The position numbers and the translations under genes are program-made. Source: an uncultured Leptotrichia sp. (GTDB lineage Bacteria > Fusobacteriota > Fusobacteriia > Fusobacteriales > Leptotrichiaceae). From it: a stretch of DNA of 64,000 nucleotides. This document shows, one piece after another, positions 29,203 to 39,580 of the stretch. The stretch covers positions 1-64,000 of the forward strand of contig CAURGH010000006.1 of assembly GCA_963524305.1 (NCBI GenBank), given 5' to 3'. The notes under the pieces are model-generated. The model saw only the letters and a list, made by a program, of their open reading frames with translations. It was not told where the DNA came from and searched no databases. Within the stretch, counting starts at the first letter, position 1. Each line of letters starts with the position of its first letter.

Positions 29203-30135
29203 ATGAAATTTAAGTTTAGCTATTACAAAGTAAATGATAAAAAAGAAGTAAAACCTGTATGTTCGTCTGTCAATTCAAAAAATGAAGGAAATATAAGTTG
29301 TTATTTAATGGATATAGAAGAAGATTTAGAAAAAGCTGATTATGTTGAGTACTACAAAGAATTATTAAGTAGAATTTATATAGGAGGAAGAAGTGTAGAA
29401 TCTTGGGAAGGAAATGTGATTGGTGATAAAGTTTTTATATGTTTTCAATATTATCCGGAAAATAGAGACTTACAGGCGGAAATTTCAAGAAAATCAATGT
29501 CAGTACTATTAAAAAAATGGACTAAATTTTTAGAAAGAGAACAAGACTTAAATTATGAAGAGATGGTTGGATTGCCTGATAATGAAAATCCTACTGTGTA
29601 TTCAGAAGCATATTTTGGTACATATGAAACTTTTCTAGAAAAATTTGAGGAGGGGCAACAATATGAGGAAGATTTACTATATACTGCTTTTTGCAATTAT
29701 GAACCTAAAGAAAAATATAAAATAGTTAAATTTTTATTAGAAAAGGGAGCTTCAGTCAAAAAGAAGAAAGGAGATGGAATAAACCTGTTTTTCCCATTGT
29801 TTAGTAATATATCCTTGGATAATAGAAAAACAGATTTAGAAATTACATTGGATTTGTGCAAAATATTACTAGAAAGAGGAGAAAGTTTATCATCAATAGA
29901 TATGAATACAGGAGAATCTCCATTAAATCGCCTTTTTTCAACATACGGGGTATTATATCCTGATAAAAAAATGGTACCATTATATGATGTAGTATTTTCA
30001 GAACCAAATTTAAAAATTTTATTTAAAGATAAAAAAGGGAATACTCCGTTTGACATAGCCAGAAAAAATGGAAGAGATATGGGGGTAAAATATATGGAAG
30101 AGTATATTGAAAAATATCATTTAACAAAAAAATAA
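29203..30135 (+). CDS. hypothetical protein, 310 aa, candidate immunity protein
   Basis: ORF track. Cassette position. Confidence 0.4.
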   Translation: MKFKFSYYKVNDKKEVKPVCSSVNSKNEGNISCYLMDIEEDLEKADYVEYYKELLSRIYIGGRSVESWEGNVIGDKVFICFQYYPENRDLQAEISRKSMSVLLKKWTKFLEREQDLNYEEMVGLPDNENPTVYSEAYFGTYETFLEKFEEGQQYEEDLLYTAFCNYEPKEKYKIVKFLLEKGASVKKKKGDGINLFFPLFSNISLDNRKTDLEITLDLCKILLERGESLSSIDMNTGESPLNRLFSTYGVLYPDKKMVPLYDVVFSEPNLKILFKDKKGNTPFDIARKNGRDMGVKYMEEYIEKYHLTKK

Positions 30136-30139
30136 AGAA

Positions 30140-30440
30140 ACAAGTATTACTCAGAATTTTTCATATTCTTCTGGGTATCAAGAAAAGCATGGAGGAGTAA
30201 CTATAGAAATAGTAACTCAACCAGGGACTTTGAGAGTTTTAGAAAAAATAGGAGTAAAAAATAATGATGGTTTAGAAATAAACAAGTGGTATCCAAATAT
30301 GGAGAAAACATTTACAGGATGGGAAAAATTTGGGCGTGTTCAATTTAAAGAGGACAAATAACTATAAATTTAGGTAAAGGTAGTGGTTTAGAGATATTTA
30401 ATCAACGGATTAAACAGATAAATGTTAAACAAGGAGATAT
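30140..30440 (+). pseudogene. 3' remnant of a toxin module: ...GWEKFGRVQFKEDK, then a frameshift, then INLGKGSGLEIFNQRIKQI. It starts right after the stop of the previous gene.
   Basis: It shares the motif GW..F.RV.FKE.K...I.LG.G.G.LEIFN with the remnant at 30961-31173. Confidence 0.45.
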
Positions 30441-30444
30441 TCAT

Positions 30445-30960
30445 CATGGAAAAAATAAATGATTTCAATGAAGCTAAAAATTTGCTAGAAAAATATTTAG
30501 ATAAAAAAATATCAATAAATAAATTGAAAAAAAATATTTTATTGATGATATAAAATTTATAAAAGAAGAATTAGAAAAAGCCTATTTATTTAAAGATAAA
30601 ACAAAATTAGATATTTTATTTTGGTTAATATTTACATTTGATTTGTATTCTGAGGAATTCATAAATATCTTATGTAAGATTTCAAAAGAAGAATGGCATT
30701 GGAGACATGAGGATATTGCTATTTACTTCATGGAAATGGAGTTACCGTCTACGGTAGAATGTCTTTATGAATTAGCAATTTCAGATTTTGAAAAATATCG
30801 TGATGACGAATACTGTCAATTAGTTGAAAAATGTTGTTATGCTTTAGGAGCAATAGGAACAGAAGAGGCAAAAGAAAAACTTAAGTTGTTAGCTAAAAGT
30901 GATAAAGATATTATACGAGAACATGTTGAAGATACATTTGAAATGTATAAATTATCTTAA
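30445..30960 (+). pseudogene. immunity paralog family A, frameshifted. The track ORF 30643..30960 is its 3' part.
   Basis: The upstream out-of-frame peptide DDIKFIKEELEKAYLFKDKTKLDILFWLIFTFDLYSEEFINILCK aligns to the N-terminal half of the paralogs. Confidence 0.55.
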
Positions 30961-31173
30961 TTAGGAAAGAGAAATTGCACTCAAGATAATGTTGTTAAAG
31001 AAAAATATCCTGATATGCCAATGCCTGAAAAAAGTCCTGGCTGGGGATATAAATTTGTGCGTTTTAAAGAAGAAAAAAGACAAATAAATATACAATTAGG
31101 ACAAGAAGGTGGAAAAGCACTGGAGATATTTAATAATAATATTATAGACTATAAAATAATGGAGGGACAATAA
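30961..31173 (+). CDS. start-less toxin 3' remnant, ...PGWGYKFVRFKEEKRQINIQLGQEGGKALEIFNNNIIDYKIMEGQ
   Basis: Open frame from the previous stop to the immunity gene start. LEIFN motif. Confidence 0.4.
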   Translation, partial: LGKRNCTQDNVVKEKYPDMPMPEKSPGWGYKFVRFKEEKRQINIQLGQEGGKALEIFNNNIIDYKIMEGQ

Positions 31174-31722
31174 ATGGAAGATAAATATCTTGATGAAGTG
31201 AAATTATTGGTAAAATGGCATGATAAAAAAATATCTGATGATGAATTTTTAGAAAAATTTAAATTGGAAAAAATTAGGTACAGAAGGGAAATTCCTAATA
31301 TTGCTAAAGAAAAATTAAAAGAAGCTTGTGTATCAAAAAATCGTGATATGATAGTTCCTTATTTATCATTAATTTTTTATTTAGAAATAGATTTTGATGA
31401 AATTAAGGACAGTATAGAGGAAATTATAACAGGAAATTGGCACTATGACCATGAAAATATAGCAGGTGCATTTGAAGATATAGCATCACCCAAAACAATA
31501 GAATGGGTATATTATTTAGCGTTGGCACATCAATTTGAAGGATATGAAGGAGGACTTGCAATGGCTAGAAAATGTATTCATGCACTAGGGAAAATAAATA
31601 CTCCTAAATCAAAAGAAAAATTAGAATTTTTGGCTAATAATTTAAATGAGACTGAAGAATTAAGAGAATCAGCAAAACGAGAATTAAACAGACATGATTT
31701 TACAAATAAGGATGTCGAATGA
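31174..31722 (+). CDS. immunity-like protein, paralog family A, 182 aa
   Basis: Paralog of 27294-27830. ATGA-coupled to the DUF4291 gene. Confidence 0.5.
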   Translation: MEDKYLDEVKLLVKWHDKKISDDEFLEKFKLEKIRYRREIPNIAKEKLKEACVSKNRDMIVPYLSLIFYLEIDFDEIKDSIEEIITGNWHYDHENIAGAFEDIASPKTIEWVYYLALAHQFEGYEGGLAMARKCIHALGKINTPKSKEKLEFLANNLNETEELRESAKRELNRHDFTNKDVE

Positions 31723-32306
31723 AAGGACTAATTATGAAAAAAGAAGAAGAAAGAAATATTTATGCTGTATTTGATGATAAAACAATAAGAGTTTATCAGG
31801 CGTATAATAATGAAATAGCAGATGAGGCTTTAAAATTAGGAAAGTTCGGAAGCAAGTTCAGTTTAAACAGAATGACCTGGATAAAGCCGTCATTTCTTTG
31901 GATGATGTACAGAAGTGGCTGGGCTAGCAAGGAAGGACAGGAAAGAATACTGGCAATTGACCTGAAAAGGGAAGGATTTGATGAAATAGTGAAAAATGCT
32001 GTACTTTCATCTTTTAGAGAAGTTTCTGATTTATCTAAGGAGGAATGGGAAAATAAACTGGAAAATTCAGAAGTAAGATGTCAATGGGATCCGGATAGGG
32101 ATATTTATGGTAATCCAATAGGAAGAAGAGCGATACAGTTAGGTATAAAGGGAGAAACGGTGAAAAAATATGTAAATGAATGGATTGTAAATATAACGGA
32201 TATAACAGATAAAGTTATTGAGATGAGAAATAGCATTCAAAATGGAACTTTTTCAGAAGTTATGCTTCCTAAAGAGAAAAAGTATATTTTAAATATCAAT
32301 GATTAA
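31719..32306 (+). CDS. DUF4291-like protein, 195 aa, motif RMTWIKPSFLWMMYRSGWA
   Basis: Motif recognised from memory of DUF4291. Paralog of the truncated copy at 27827. Confidence 0.5.
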   Translation: MKGLIMKKEEERNIYAVFDDKTIRVYQAYNNEIADEALKLGKFGSKFSLNRMTWIKPSFLWMMYRSGWASKEGQERILAIDLKREGFDEIVKNAVLSSFREVSDLSKEEWENKLENSEVRCQWDPDRDIYGNPIGRRAIQLGIKGETVKKYVNEWIVNITDITDKVIEMRNSIQNGTFSEVMLPKEKKYILNIND

Positions 32307-32364
32307 GTTAATATAATAATTAAATATTTTTCTTGAATTTTATTAAAAAATTTGTGGATAACAA

Positions 32365-32393
32365 TTGACAATTTCACTAAAATAAATTATAAT
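32365..32393 (+). promoter_or_regulatory. sigma70-like promoter: TTGACA, 17 nt, TATAAT. It sits upstream of the SIMPL gene and marks the return to core genome.
   Basis: Consensus hexamers. Confidence 0.5.
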
Positions 32394-32465
32394 TTAAAAG
32401 GATTTTAGCAAATTTATATTTGTTATTTTCTTTTATCATTCAAATAAAGGAAGTTGTGATAACCA

Positions 32466-33179
32466 ATGAAAAAAGTACAATTTATAATAATTTCTACAAT
32501 TTTATCGTTTGGGTTAATAATTTCAGCGGCGATTGTATCGAATGCAATGGATAAAGCCAATAAAAGTGAGAATAAAATCACTGTAAAAGGTGTGGCAGAA
32601 AAGCGGATAAAAGCGGATAAAGCTGTAGTAAATGTAGTATTGTCAGGAGAAAGTGTAGTTTTAGATGATTTAAGAAAAAATATTTCTGAAAAAGAAAAAA
32701 AATCTTTAGATTTGATAAAAACTTTGGGAATTAGTTCAGAAGATTATAGTATTGAAAATTTAAAAGTAGAGCCAGAATTTTCTGAAACAGGAGATAAAAT
32801 CTTAAAATATAGTGGGTCTGAAAGCATTATAATTTCTACTGAAAATGTTGAAAAAATAGATGAAATTTATCAAAAATTATTGACGTTGAAATTAGAAAAC
32901 AATAATTTAGAGGTTACAAAACCTGAATATTACATTACAAGTATAGAAAGATACAAAAGAGATTTGCTAGTAGATGCTTCAAAAAATGCAGAATACAAAG
33001 CTATAGAAATGTTGAAAGTTAATAATAATGAAATTGCGGGAGTAAAAAATGTAACTCAAGGACAATTTGAGATTTTACCAGATGTGGAAGATACTAAGCG
33101 TATAAAAGAAGATGAACAAAATCAAATGTATAAAAAATTAAGATCAGTTGTTACAGCTACTTATTTAATAAAGTATTAA
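32466..33179 (+). CDS. SIMPL-domain (DUF541) periplasmic protein
   Basis: Signal or TM sequence at the N-terminus. Size and composition consistent with SIMPL. Confidence 0.5.
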   Translation: MKKVQFIIISTILSFGLIISAAIVSNAMDKANKSENKITVKGVAEKRIKADKAVVNVVLSGESVVLDDLRKNISEKEKKSLDLIKTLGISSEDYSIENLKVEPEFSETGDKILKYSGSESIIISTENVEKIDEIYQKLLTLKLENNNLEVTKPEYYITSIERYKRDLLVDASKNAEYKAIEMLKVNNNEIAGVKNVTQGQFEILPDVEDTKRIKEDEQNQMYKKLRSVVTATYLIKY

Positions 33180-33209
33180 AATAGATAAAAATTTAGGAGG
33201 AAAAATTTA

Positions 33210-33782
33210 ATGAAACCAGCAGCAGAATTAAGACAAGGAAGTACATATAGAAAGGATAATATCCCTTACTTGATATTAAAAGCTGAAAGACACCAATCAA
33301 CATCAGGAAAAAGACAAAGAGCAGCAGAAGTAAAATTCAAAACTAAAGAATTAATTTCAGGTAAAATTCAAGAAATTACAGTTTTAGCTACAGATTTGAT
33401 GGATGACATTATTTTAGATAGAAATCAAATGCAATTTTTATATGAAATTGATGGAGATTACAACTTTATGGATCAAGAAACTTTTGAACAAATTACATTG
33501 ACAGCAGAAGATTTAGGGGATGCAGTGAATTTCTTGGAAGAAGAAATGATTATTCAAGTATTGATGTACGAAGGAAGACCAGTTGGAGTTGAATTGCCAA
33601 ATACAGTAATTAGAGAAATTACTTATACTGAACCAGGATTAAAAGGAGATACAATTGGAAGAGCAACAAAACCTGCAACAATTGCAAATGGATATAGTTT
33701 ACAAGTACCTTTATTTGTAGTAATCGGAGATAAAATTAAAATTGATACAAGAACTGGAGAATACATCGAAAGAGCAAATTAA
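33210..33782 (+). CDS. efp: elongation factor P
   Basis: 190 aa. MKPAAELRQG....KGD motif region. EF-P-like overall. Confidence 0.85.
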   Translation: MKPAAELRQGSTYRKDNIPYLILKAERHQSTSGKRQRAAEVKFKTKELISGKIQEITVLATDLMDDIILDRNQMQFLYEIDGDYNFMDQETFEQITLTAEDLGDAVNFLEEEMIIQVLMYEGRPVGVELPNTVIREITYTEPGLKGDTIGRATKPATIANGYSLQVPLFVVIGDKIKIDTRTGEYIERAN

Positions 33783-33888
33783 GAACAAAAATTAGAATCA
33801 AAATAATAAAGTGAAAGGCTATCGAAAACGGTAGCTTTTTTTGAAAATACAAAATTAAAATTAAATAATTCTTAAAAAGAGGGAAAAT

Positions 33889-34200
33889 ATGAGAAAAGAA
33901 GATAAAATAAAAAGAGTTGAGGAAATGGAAAAAATAATGGATAAATCAGCTAATATTTTTGGAGAAGTAAATGCAGCATTAGATAAATTAGAAGAAAATT
34001 TTTCTGATTATAAAAAGCTTGATGATTATTATAGTAGTGAAAATTGGTTTCAAGATGTGGAAGACTACAATAACGGAACTTTACCACAAGATTTGAAATG
34101 TGGTGTTTTGAGTGAAGATGGGGCTTATGATTTATTTGGGGATAATCATGAGTTGGCAATTAGGCTAGTAGAACTTGCAGCTAAAATGTTAAGAAGATAA
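33889..34200 (+). CDS. small acidic hypothetical protein, DUF4298-like
   Basis: ORF track. Weak recollection of the family. Confidence 0.35.
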   Translation: MRKEDKIKRVEEMEKIMDKSANIFGEVNAALDKLEENFSDYKKLDDYYSSENWFQDVEDYNNGTLPQDLKCGVLSEDGAYDLFGDNHELAIRLVELAAKMLRR

Positions 34201-34223
34201 TAAAAGTTATAGAAATCAAGGGG

Positions 34224-35120
34224 TTGATTGAAGTGAGAAATAAAATTATAAAAGGGTTAATTTTTGTATTTTTAATTTTAGGAATATTTTGCTGTTCTAG
34301 AAAAGAAGAAAAGAAATTAGATTTAGATACAGGAATTAGTAAAAATGAAAATACAATTTTAGTAGCATCATTTAATGCTTTAAGATTAGGTGAAAAGCAA
34401 AAAGATTATCGGTCATTCGTAAAAATTTTGTCTAATTTTGATTTGATTGGGTTAGAAGAAGTTATGAATGAAAAAGGTGTTAAAAAGACGAAGGCGTATT
34501 TGGAAAAATTGACGAAAGAAAAATGGGATTATATTATTTCAGAACATTCTGTTGGGAGTGAGAATTATAGAGAGTTTTATGCTTTCATTTATAGAAAAGA
34601 GAAATTTCAAGAAGTAAAACAAATTGGATTTTATAAAGAAAAAAATGATAATGAATTTATGCGAGAACCTTACGGTGCATATTTTAAAAGTGGAAATTTT
34701 GATTTTGTCTTTGTGATTGCTCATTCGATTTTTGGAGATAAGGAGAAGCAACGATTGATTGAAGCATCGAGTTATTTGAATGTTTATGAGTATTTTTCTA
34801 AGAAAACTGGAGAAAATGATATAATTATTGCTGGAGATTTTAATCTTTCGGCTGATGATTTAGCATTCAAAAATTTAGCAGTAAAGCATAATGTTTCCTA
34901 TCTTTTAGATCCTAAAGAAAATTTGACAACACTTTCAGATGATAAATTAGTGAGCTCATATGATAATTTTTTCATAAATCGTGAAAAAACTAAAGAATTT
35001 ACTGGGAATTCCGGAGTTTATAACTTTATAAAAAACAATAATTATGCTACAATAAAAAAATATGTGTCGGATCATTTGTTAATTTTTTCTGAATATTCGA
35101 CATTAGAAGATTTAGACTAA
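34224..35120 (+). CDS. endonuclease/exonuclease/phosphatase (EEP) family protein with an N-terminal signal or TM sequence
   Basis: VASFNALRLGE near the N-terminus and SDHLLIFSEY near the C-terminus are EEP hallmarks. Confidence 0.7.
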   Translation: MIEVRNKIIKGLIFVFLILGIFCCSRKEEKKLDLDTGISKNENTILVASFNALRLGEKQKDYRSFVKILSNFDLIGLEEVMNEKGVKKTKAYLEKLTKEKWDYIISEHSVGSENYREFYAFIYRKEKFQEVKQIGFYKEKNDNEFMREPYGAYFKSGNFDFVFVIAHSIFGDKEKQRLIEASSYLNVYEYFSKKTGENDIIIAGDFNLSADDLAFKNLAVKHNVSYLLDPKENLTTLSDDKLVSSYDNFFINREKTKEFTGNSGVYNFIKNNNYATIKKYVSDHLLIFSEYSTLEDLD

Positions 35121-35158
35121 TTGAAATAATAGAATTTACAGGAAGGAGAGGTTGTTTT

Positions 35159-36514
35159 TTGAGTAAAAAAATTTATAAAAAAGCTGTCACGATAGGTTTA
35201 CCAGTAGCATTTGAAAATATGATTTACAGTTTAGTGAGTTTTATTGATGTTTTCATGGTTGGAAAAGAGAACCTTGTATTAGGATTAGGAACAGTTGCGG
35301 TGGCAGGATTAGGCTTTGCGAATCAATTGTACATGATATTTGCAGTTTCACTGTTTGGTTTAAATAGTGGAGGTGGAATATTTGCTGCACAATTTTTTGG
35401 TAATAAAGATTATAAAAATTTGAAAAAATGTTTGGGAATAACTTTATCGATTGGATTTGTTTTTTCATTGTTGTTTTTAATATTAGGACTGTTTTTCAAT
35501 CGGGAAGTAATAAGTGTTTTTACAAATGATACAAAAGTTATTGAAACTGGAGCAAAATATTTAAAGGTTGTTGCTTGGACATATCCGTTAATAGGGATTG
35601 GATTTGCTTTCAATATGCAATTACGTGCAATTGGTCAAACGAAATATCCATTTTATTCAAGTTTGATAGGATTAATAATAAATTTTGTTTTTAATTCATT
35701 ACTGATTTTTGGAAATTTTGGATTTCCAGCATTAGGAGTTGTGGGAGCGGCTGTAGCAACGGTTTTATCAAGATTTATATCAACTTTATACATAATTTAT
35801 ATAGTTTATAAATTGAAATTGCCATTAGCAGCTACATTTAAAGAAATGTTTGGATTTACGTGGGAATTTTTTGTGAGAATCTTAAAAGTTTCGCTTCCAG
35901 TGTTTGGGCATGAAATAATGTGGGTTTCAGGAGTTAGTATATATGTGGTAATTTATGGAAGAATGGGAACAGAACCCGCTGCTGCAGTTGAAATCGTAAA
36001 ATCAATAAGCAATTTGATATTTACATTATTATTTGGGCTTTCGAGTGCATCATCAGCAATTATTGGGAATGAAATTGGAGCTGGAAATGAAGAAGGAGCC
36101 TATAAGACAGCAATTGCTCTTTTGAAAGCATCGGTAGTTTTAGCAGTAATTATAAGCATAAGCGTATATTTATTTAGTCCAATTTTATTAAATATTATGC
36201 ACGTAAAACCAGGAATTTACCCATTAACAAAACAAATATTGATTTCTGAAATGTTTATAATAATTTGTAAGTCGATGGGTACAATACTTATTGTAGGAAT
36301 TTTAAGGGCTGGAGGAGATACATTGTGGACAATGTTTGCTGATTTGTTGCCACTTTGGCTTGTAGCGATTCCTATAACATATATTGCTGGTTTAAAATTA
36401 GGATTGCCAATTTCAATTGTATATTTATTTTCAGTAAGCGATGAAGTTGTGAAATTTGTTCCTTGTTTAAGACGATTGAGAAGTAAGAAATGGATAAATA
36501 ATTTAGTAAAATAA
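35159..36514 (+). CDS. MATE-family efflux transporter
   Basis: 12-TM protein. The N-terminus KAVTIGLPVAFENMIYSLVSFIDVFMVG is typical of MATE. Confidence 0.8.
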   Translation: MSKKIYKKAVTIGLPVAFENMIYSLVSFIDVFMVGKENLVLGLGTVAVAGLGFANQLYMIFAVSLFGLNSGGGIFAAQFFGNKDYKNLKKCLGITLSIGFVFSLLFLILGLFFNREVISVFTNDTKVIETGAKYLKVVAWTYPLIGIGFAFNMQLRAIGQTKYPFYSSLIGLIINFVFNSLLIFGNFGFPALGVVGAAVATVLSRFISTLYIIYIVYKLKLPLAATFKEMFGFTWEFFVRILKVSLPVFGHEIMWVSGVSIYVVIYGRMGTEPAAAVEIVKSISNLIFTLLFGLSSASSAIIGNEIGAGNEEGAYKTAIALLKASVVLAVIISISVYLFSPILLNIMHVKPGIYPLTKQILISEMFIIICKSMGTILIVGILRAGGDTLWTMFADLLPLWLVAIPITYIAGLKLGLPISIVYLFSVSDEVVKFVPCLRRLRSKKWINNLVK

Positions 36515-36528
36515 TAGGAGAAAGTTAG

Positions 36529-38169
36529 ATGAATAAAAAATTAATTTTGTTGGGAGCCTTTTTAATTTTATTCAGTTCGTGTGCGACAATTAAGACGCCA
36601 CCTTTAGGAGTTAATTTTGAAGGACCTTTGAGAGATGCAAAAAATGTGGATTTCCATTATGATTTGACATATTTAGATAAAGATGGAAATATAAAATATG
36701 ATAGAAATATTTGGCAATCTACGTATGATATTGTTGATAATGCAAAGGATTATTTGATAGTTGAGATGTTTTTATTTAATGATATTTACAATAAAAATAC
36801 AGAGCTATTTCCTGAATTTGCAAAAGAGTATACTGCAAGAGTTATTAAGAAAAAAAGAGAAAATCCAAATTTAAAGATTTATGTGCTTTCAGATGAAAAT
36901 AATGACTTGTATGGAGCATTTGAGCATCCATTTATTACAGCTATGAAAAATGAAGGGATAGATGTTATAACAGTTGATATTTATAAATTAAAAGACACAT
37001 TCCCTTGGTATTCGCCAATATGGAGATCGGCAATTAAGCCATTTGGAAATCCTCAAAATAAAGGTTGGGTTCCTAATTTTTATGGACCAATGTGGCCAAA
37101 ATTAACATTGAGAACATTGTTTAGGGCATTAAATGTAAAAGCAGATCATAGAAAAGTTTTTTTGAATGAAAATGAAGCAGTTATAGCGAGTGCTAATATT
37201 CATGATCCAAGTTATTTTCATGAAAACGTTGCATTATATACAGATGGAGATGTTACGAAAGATATTTTAAGTGATTTACAAATGGTAGCTAATTTTTCAA
37301 ATTCTGAAATTAATGTTTCAGAGAATAATTCTACTAGTTCTCTTGATACATCCAATAAAAATATTTTAAAATCAAAGGAAAAAACAAATGGCAATACTAT
37401 GGAAAGTATAAAAAAAGAGCTTGAAGAAGTAGAAGTTAAAAGAGATATACCTCTCGTAAATGAAGATCCTGAAGTGAAAAGAATTGAAGAGAAGAAAAAA
37501 AAATTAGTTGAAAAAAATACAAATTCAAATATTGGAAATAATTTAACAAATAAAGTAGATGAAAATGGAGAAGATAATTATAAAATTCAGTATGTAACAG
37601 AAGGTGCGATAGGAAAAACTTTGGATTCTGATTTGAAGAGTTTGAAGGCTGGAGATGAAGTGTTGATGGGAATGTATTTCTTGGCGGACAAACCTGTTAT
37701 TGATGAATTGATAAAAGCAGCAAATAGAGGAGTAAAAGTTAGAATAATTTTTGATAGAAGTAGAGATGCGTTTGGTATGAGTACAAATGGATTGCCTAAT
37801 AAACCTGTTTCTAAAAAATTGAAGAAAAAAACTAGAGGGAAAATAGAAGTGAAATGGTATTTTACGAATAACGAACAATATCACACAAAAGTTATATTAA
37901 TGAAGAAAACAGACGGTAATGTTATAATAACGACTGGTTCTGCAAATATGATTAGAAAAAATATAAGAGGATATATTATGGATGCGAATCTTCGAGTAGA
38001 GACAAATGAGAACTCTAAACTAACAAAAGAAATTTATACGTATTTTGATAGACTGTGGGAAAATAAAGATGGATTATTTACTATAAATTTTGATGATGAG
38101 CCAACAACAAGTCCAAAATCTGATTTTATGTATAAATTATTAGATGCTGCTCAACTAGGTTCATTCTAA
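36529..38169 (+). CDS. phospholipase D-family lipoprotein with two HKD motifs
   Basis: Lipobox FSSC. HRKVFLNENEAVIASANIHD and HTKVILMKKTDGNVIITTGSANM match HxK(x)4D. Confidence 0.7.
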   Translation: MNKKLILLGAFLILFSSCATIKTPPLGVNFEGPLRDAKNVDFHYDLTYLDKDGNIKYDRNIWQSTYDIVDNAKDYLIVEMFLFNDIYNKNTELFPEFAKEYTARVIKKKRENPNLKIYVLSDENNDLYGAFEHPFITAMKNEGIDVITVDIYKLKDTFPWYSPIWRSAIKPFGNPQNKGWVPNFYGPMWPKLTLRTLFRALNVKADHRKVFLNENEAVIASANIHDPSYFHENVALYTDGDVTKDILSDLQMVANFSNSEINVSENNSTSSLDTSNKNILKSKEKTNGNTMESIKKELEEVEVKRDIPLVNEDPEVKRIEEKKKKLVEKNTNSNIGNNLTNKVDENGEDNYKIQYVTEGAIGKTLDSDLKSLKAGDEVLMGMYFLADKPVIDELIKAANRGVKVRIIFDRSRDAFGMSTNGLPNKPVSKKLKKKTRGKIEVKWYFTNNEQYHTKVILMKKTDGNVIITTGSANMIRKNIRGYIMDANLRVETNENSKLTKEIYTYFDRLWENKDGLFTINFDDEPTTSPKSDFMYKLLDAAQLGSF

Positions 38170-38258
38170 TTATATTTAATGCTGAAAATAAGGAAAAAAA
38201 TATCAAATTATGTTAAAATATTTAAAAATCGAAATTAAAAATAAATAGGTGATGAGGA

Positions 38259-39500
38259 ATGAAAAAAAAGTTAATATTATTAACAGTGATTTTAGCGATG
38301 GGTATGATGTCGGTTTCATGCTTTAAGAAAAAAGATAAGAAAGCTGACAAAAAACAAACGCAACAACAAGTTGAAAATAAAGATATCAATACAGATATAT
38401 TTAATTTAGGATCGCAGCAAGCAAATGGAGGGAATCCTGATATTAAAAATTTGACTCCTGAAGAACAAAAAAAATTGATAGACAATCAAATTGATCCAGT
38501 AAAAGTTTCAGATGCAATCACAAAAGCTGAAGCTGGAGATAAAGAAGCAATTATGTCGTTATCACAATTATACTTCAATTTAAAAGATAACGAAAAAGTA
38601 AAAAAATTCTTACAAATGGGAGTAGACAGAAATTATCCAGAAGCAATTTATAATTTAGCAGTAATTTTGAAACAAGAAGGGAATACTGCGGAAGCTAATA
38701 AATTAATGGCTAGATTGCCTAAAAATGTTACTTCTGTTGCAAGAGGTGGAAGACAACAAGTACAAGTGAGACAATTGAGAATGAGACCTGGTGCTGAAGA
38801 GTTTAACAGAGGAGTTGAATTAGTAAGAGCTAAAAAATATAGCCAAGCAAAAGCTGAATTTGAAAAAGCATATAACAAAGGAATTAAAGATGCCGATGTA
38901 AGAATTGCTATGTTAAATAAAGAAATGAAAAACTATTCAGAAGCGATAAAATGGTTGAAAAAAGCAGAGAACCGTGGAGTAAAAGGTGCAGATGTCGAAA
39001 TTGGAGCAATTTTATATGATAATGGAAAACAAGAAGAATCTAGACCATATTTAATGAAATCATATAAATCAGGAAATAAAGGTCTTGCAGGTGCAATAGC
39101 AGCAACTTATCATAAAGAAAAGAATATGGCAGAAGCGTTAAAATGGTATAAAATAGCTGCAAAGAATGGGGATAAGAATGCAAAAGAAATTGTTTCTCAA
39201 TTAGAAAATGGAGGAAAAGTTGCTGAAACAACTAAGAGAGGTGTAAAATCATTCTTGAATGGTGGAGAAGCTCAAAATGAAAGTTTAACAAAACAAACTC
39301 TTAAACAAATAAATAATTCTAATGATTCAAAAGATGCTAATAAAGATGAAATAAAAATTAAAGAAGTAGAAACACCAAAACATTCAGTAACAGTAAAAGA
39401 AGAAAAATCATCAACTCCTGCACAATCAAAAAATGAAACTAAAAAAGAAGTAAATGTTGATGAGTTATTGAAAAGTAAAGCCGCAGAGTATAATAAATAG
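38259..39500 (+). CDS. Sel1/TPR-repeat lipoprotein
   Basis: Lipobox MSVSC. Repeated A..YNLA...G. Sel1-like units. Confidence 0.6.
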   Translation: MKKKLILLTVILAMGMMSVSCFKKKDKKADKKQTQQQVENKDINTDIFNLGSQQANGGNPDIKNLTPEEQKKLIDNQIDPVKVSDAITKAEAGDKEAIMSLSQLYFNLKDNEKVKKFLQMGVDRNYPEAIYNLAVILKQEGNTAEANKLMARLPKNVTSVARGGRQQVQVRQLRMRPGAEEFNRGVELVRAKKYSQAKAEFEKAYNKGIKDADVRIAMLNKEMKNYSEAIKWLKKAENRGVKGADVEIGAILYDNGKQEESRPYLMKSYKSGNKGLAGAIAATYHKEKNMAEALKWYKIAAKNGDKNAKEIVSQLENGGKVAETTKRGVKSFLNGGEAQNESLTKQTLKQINNSNDSKDANKDEIKIKEVETPKHSVTVKEEKSSTPAQSKNETKKEVNVDELLKSKAAEYNK

Positions 39501-39518
39501 AATAAACATAAATAAAAA

Positions 39519-39550
39519 ATAGGAAGTAAATTTGAACTTCCTATTTTTTT
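39519..39550. terminator. bidirectional terminator hairpin AGGAAGT/ACTTCCT with T-runs on both strands
   Basis: Perfect 7-bp inverted repeat between convergent genes. Confidence 0.7.
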
Positions 39551-39580
39551 GTTTCCTAATAAATTTAATTACTAATATCA

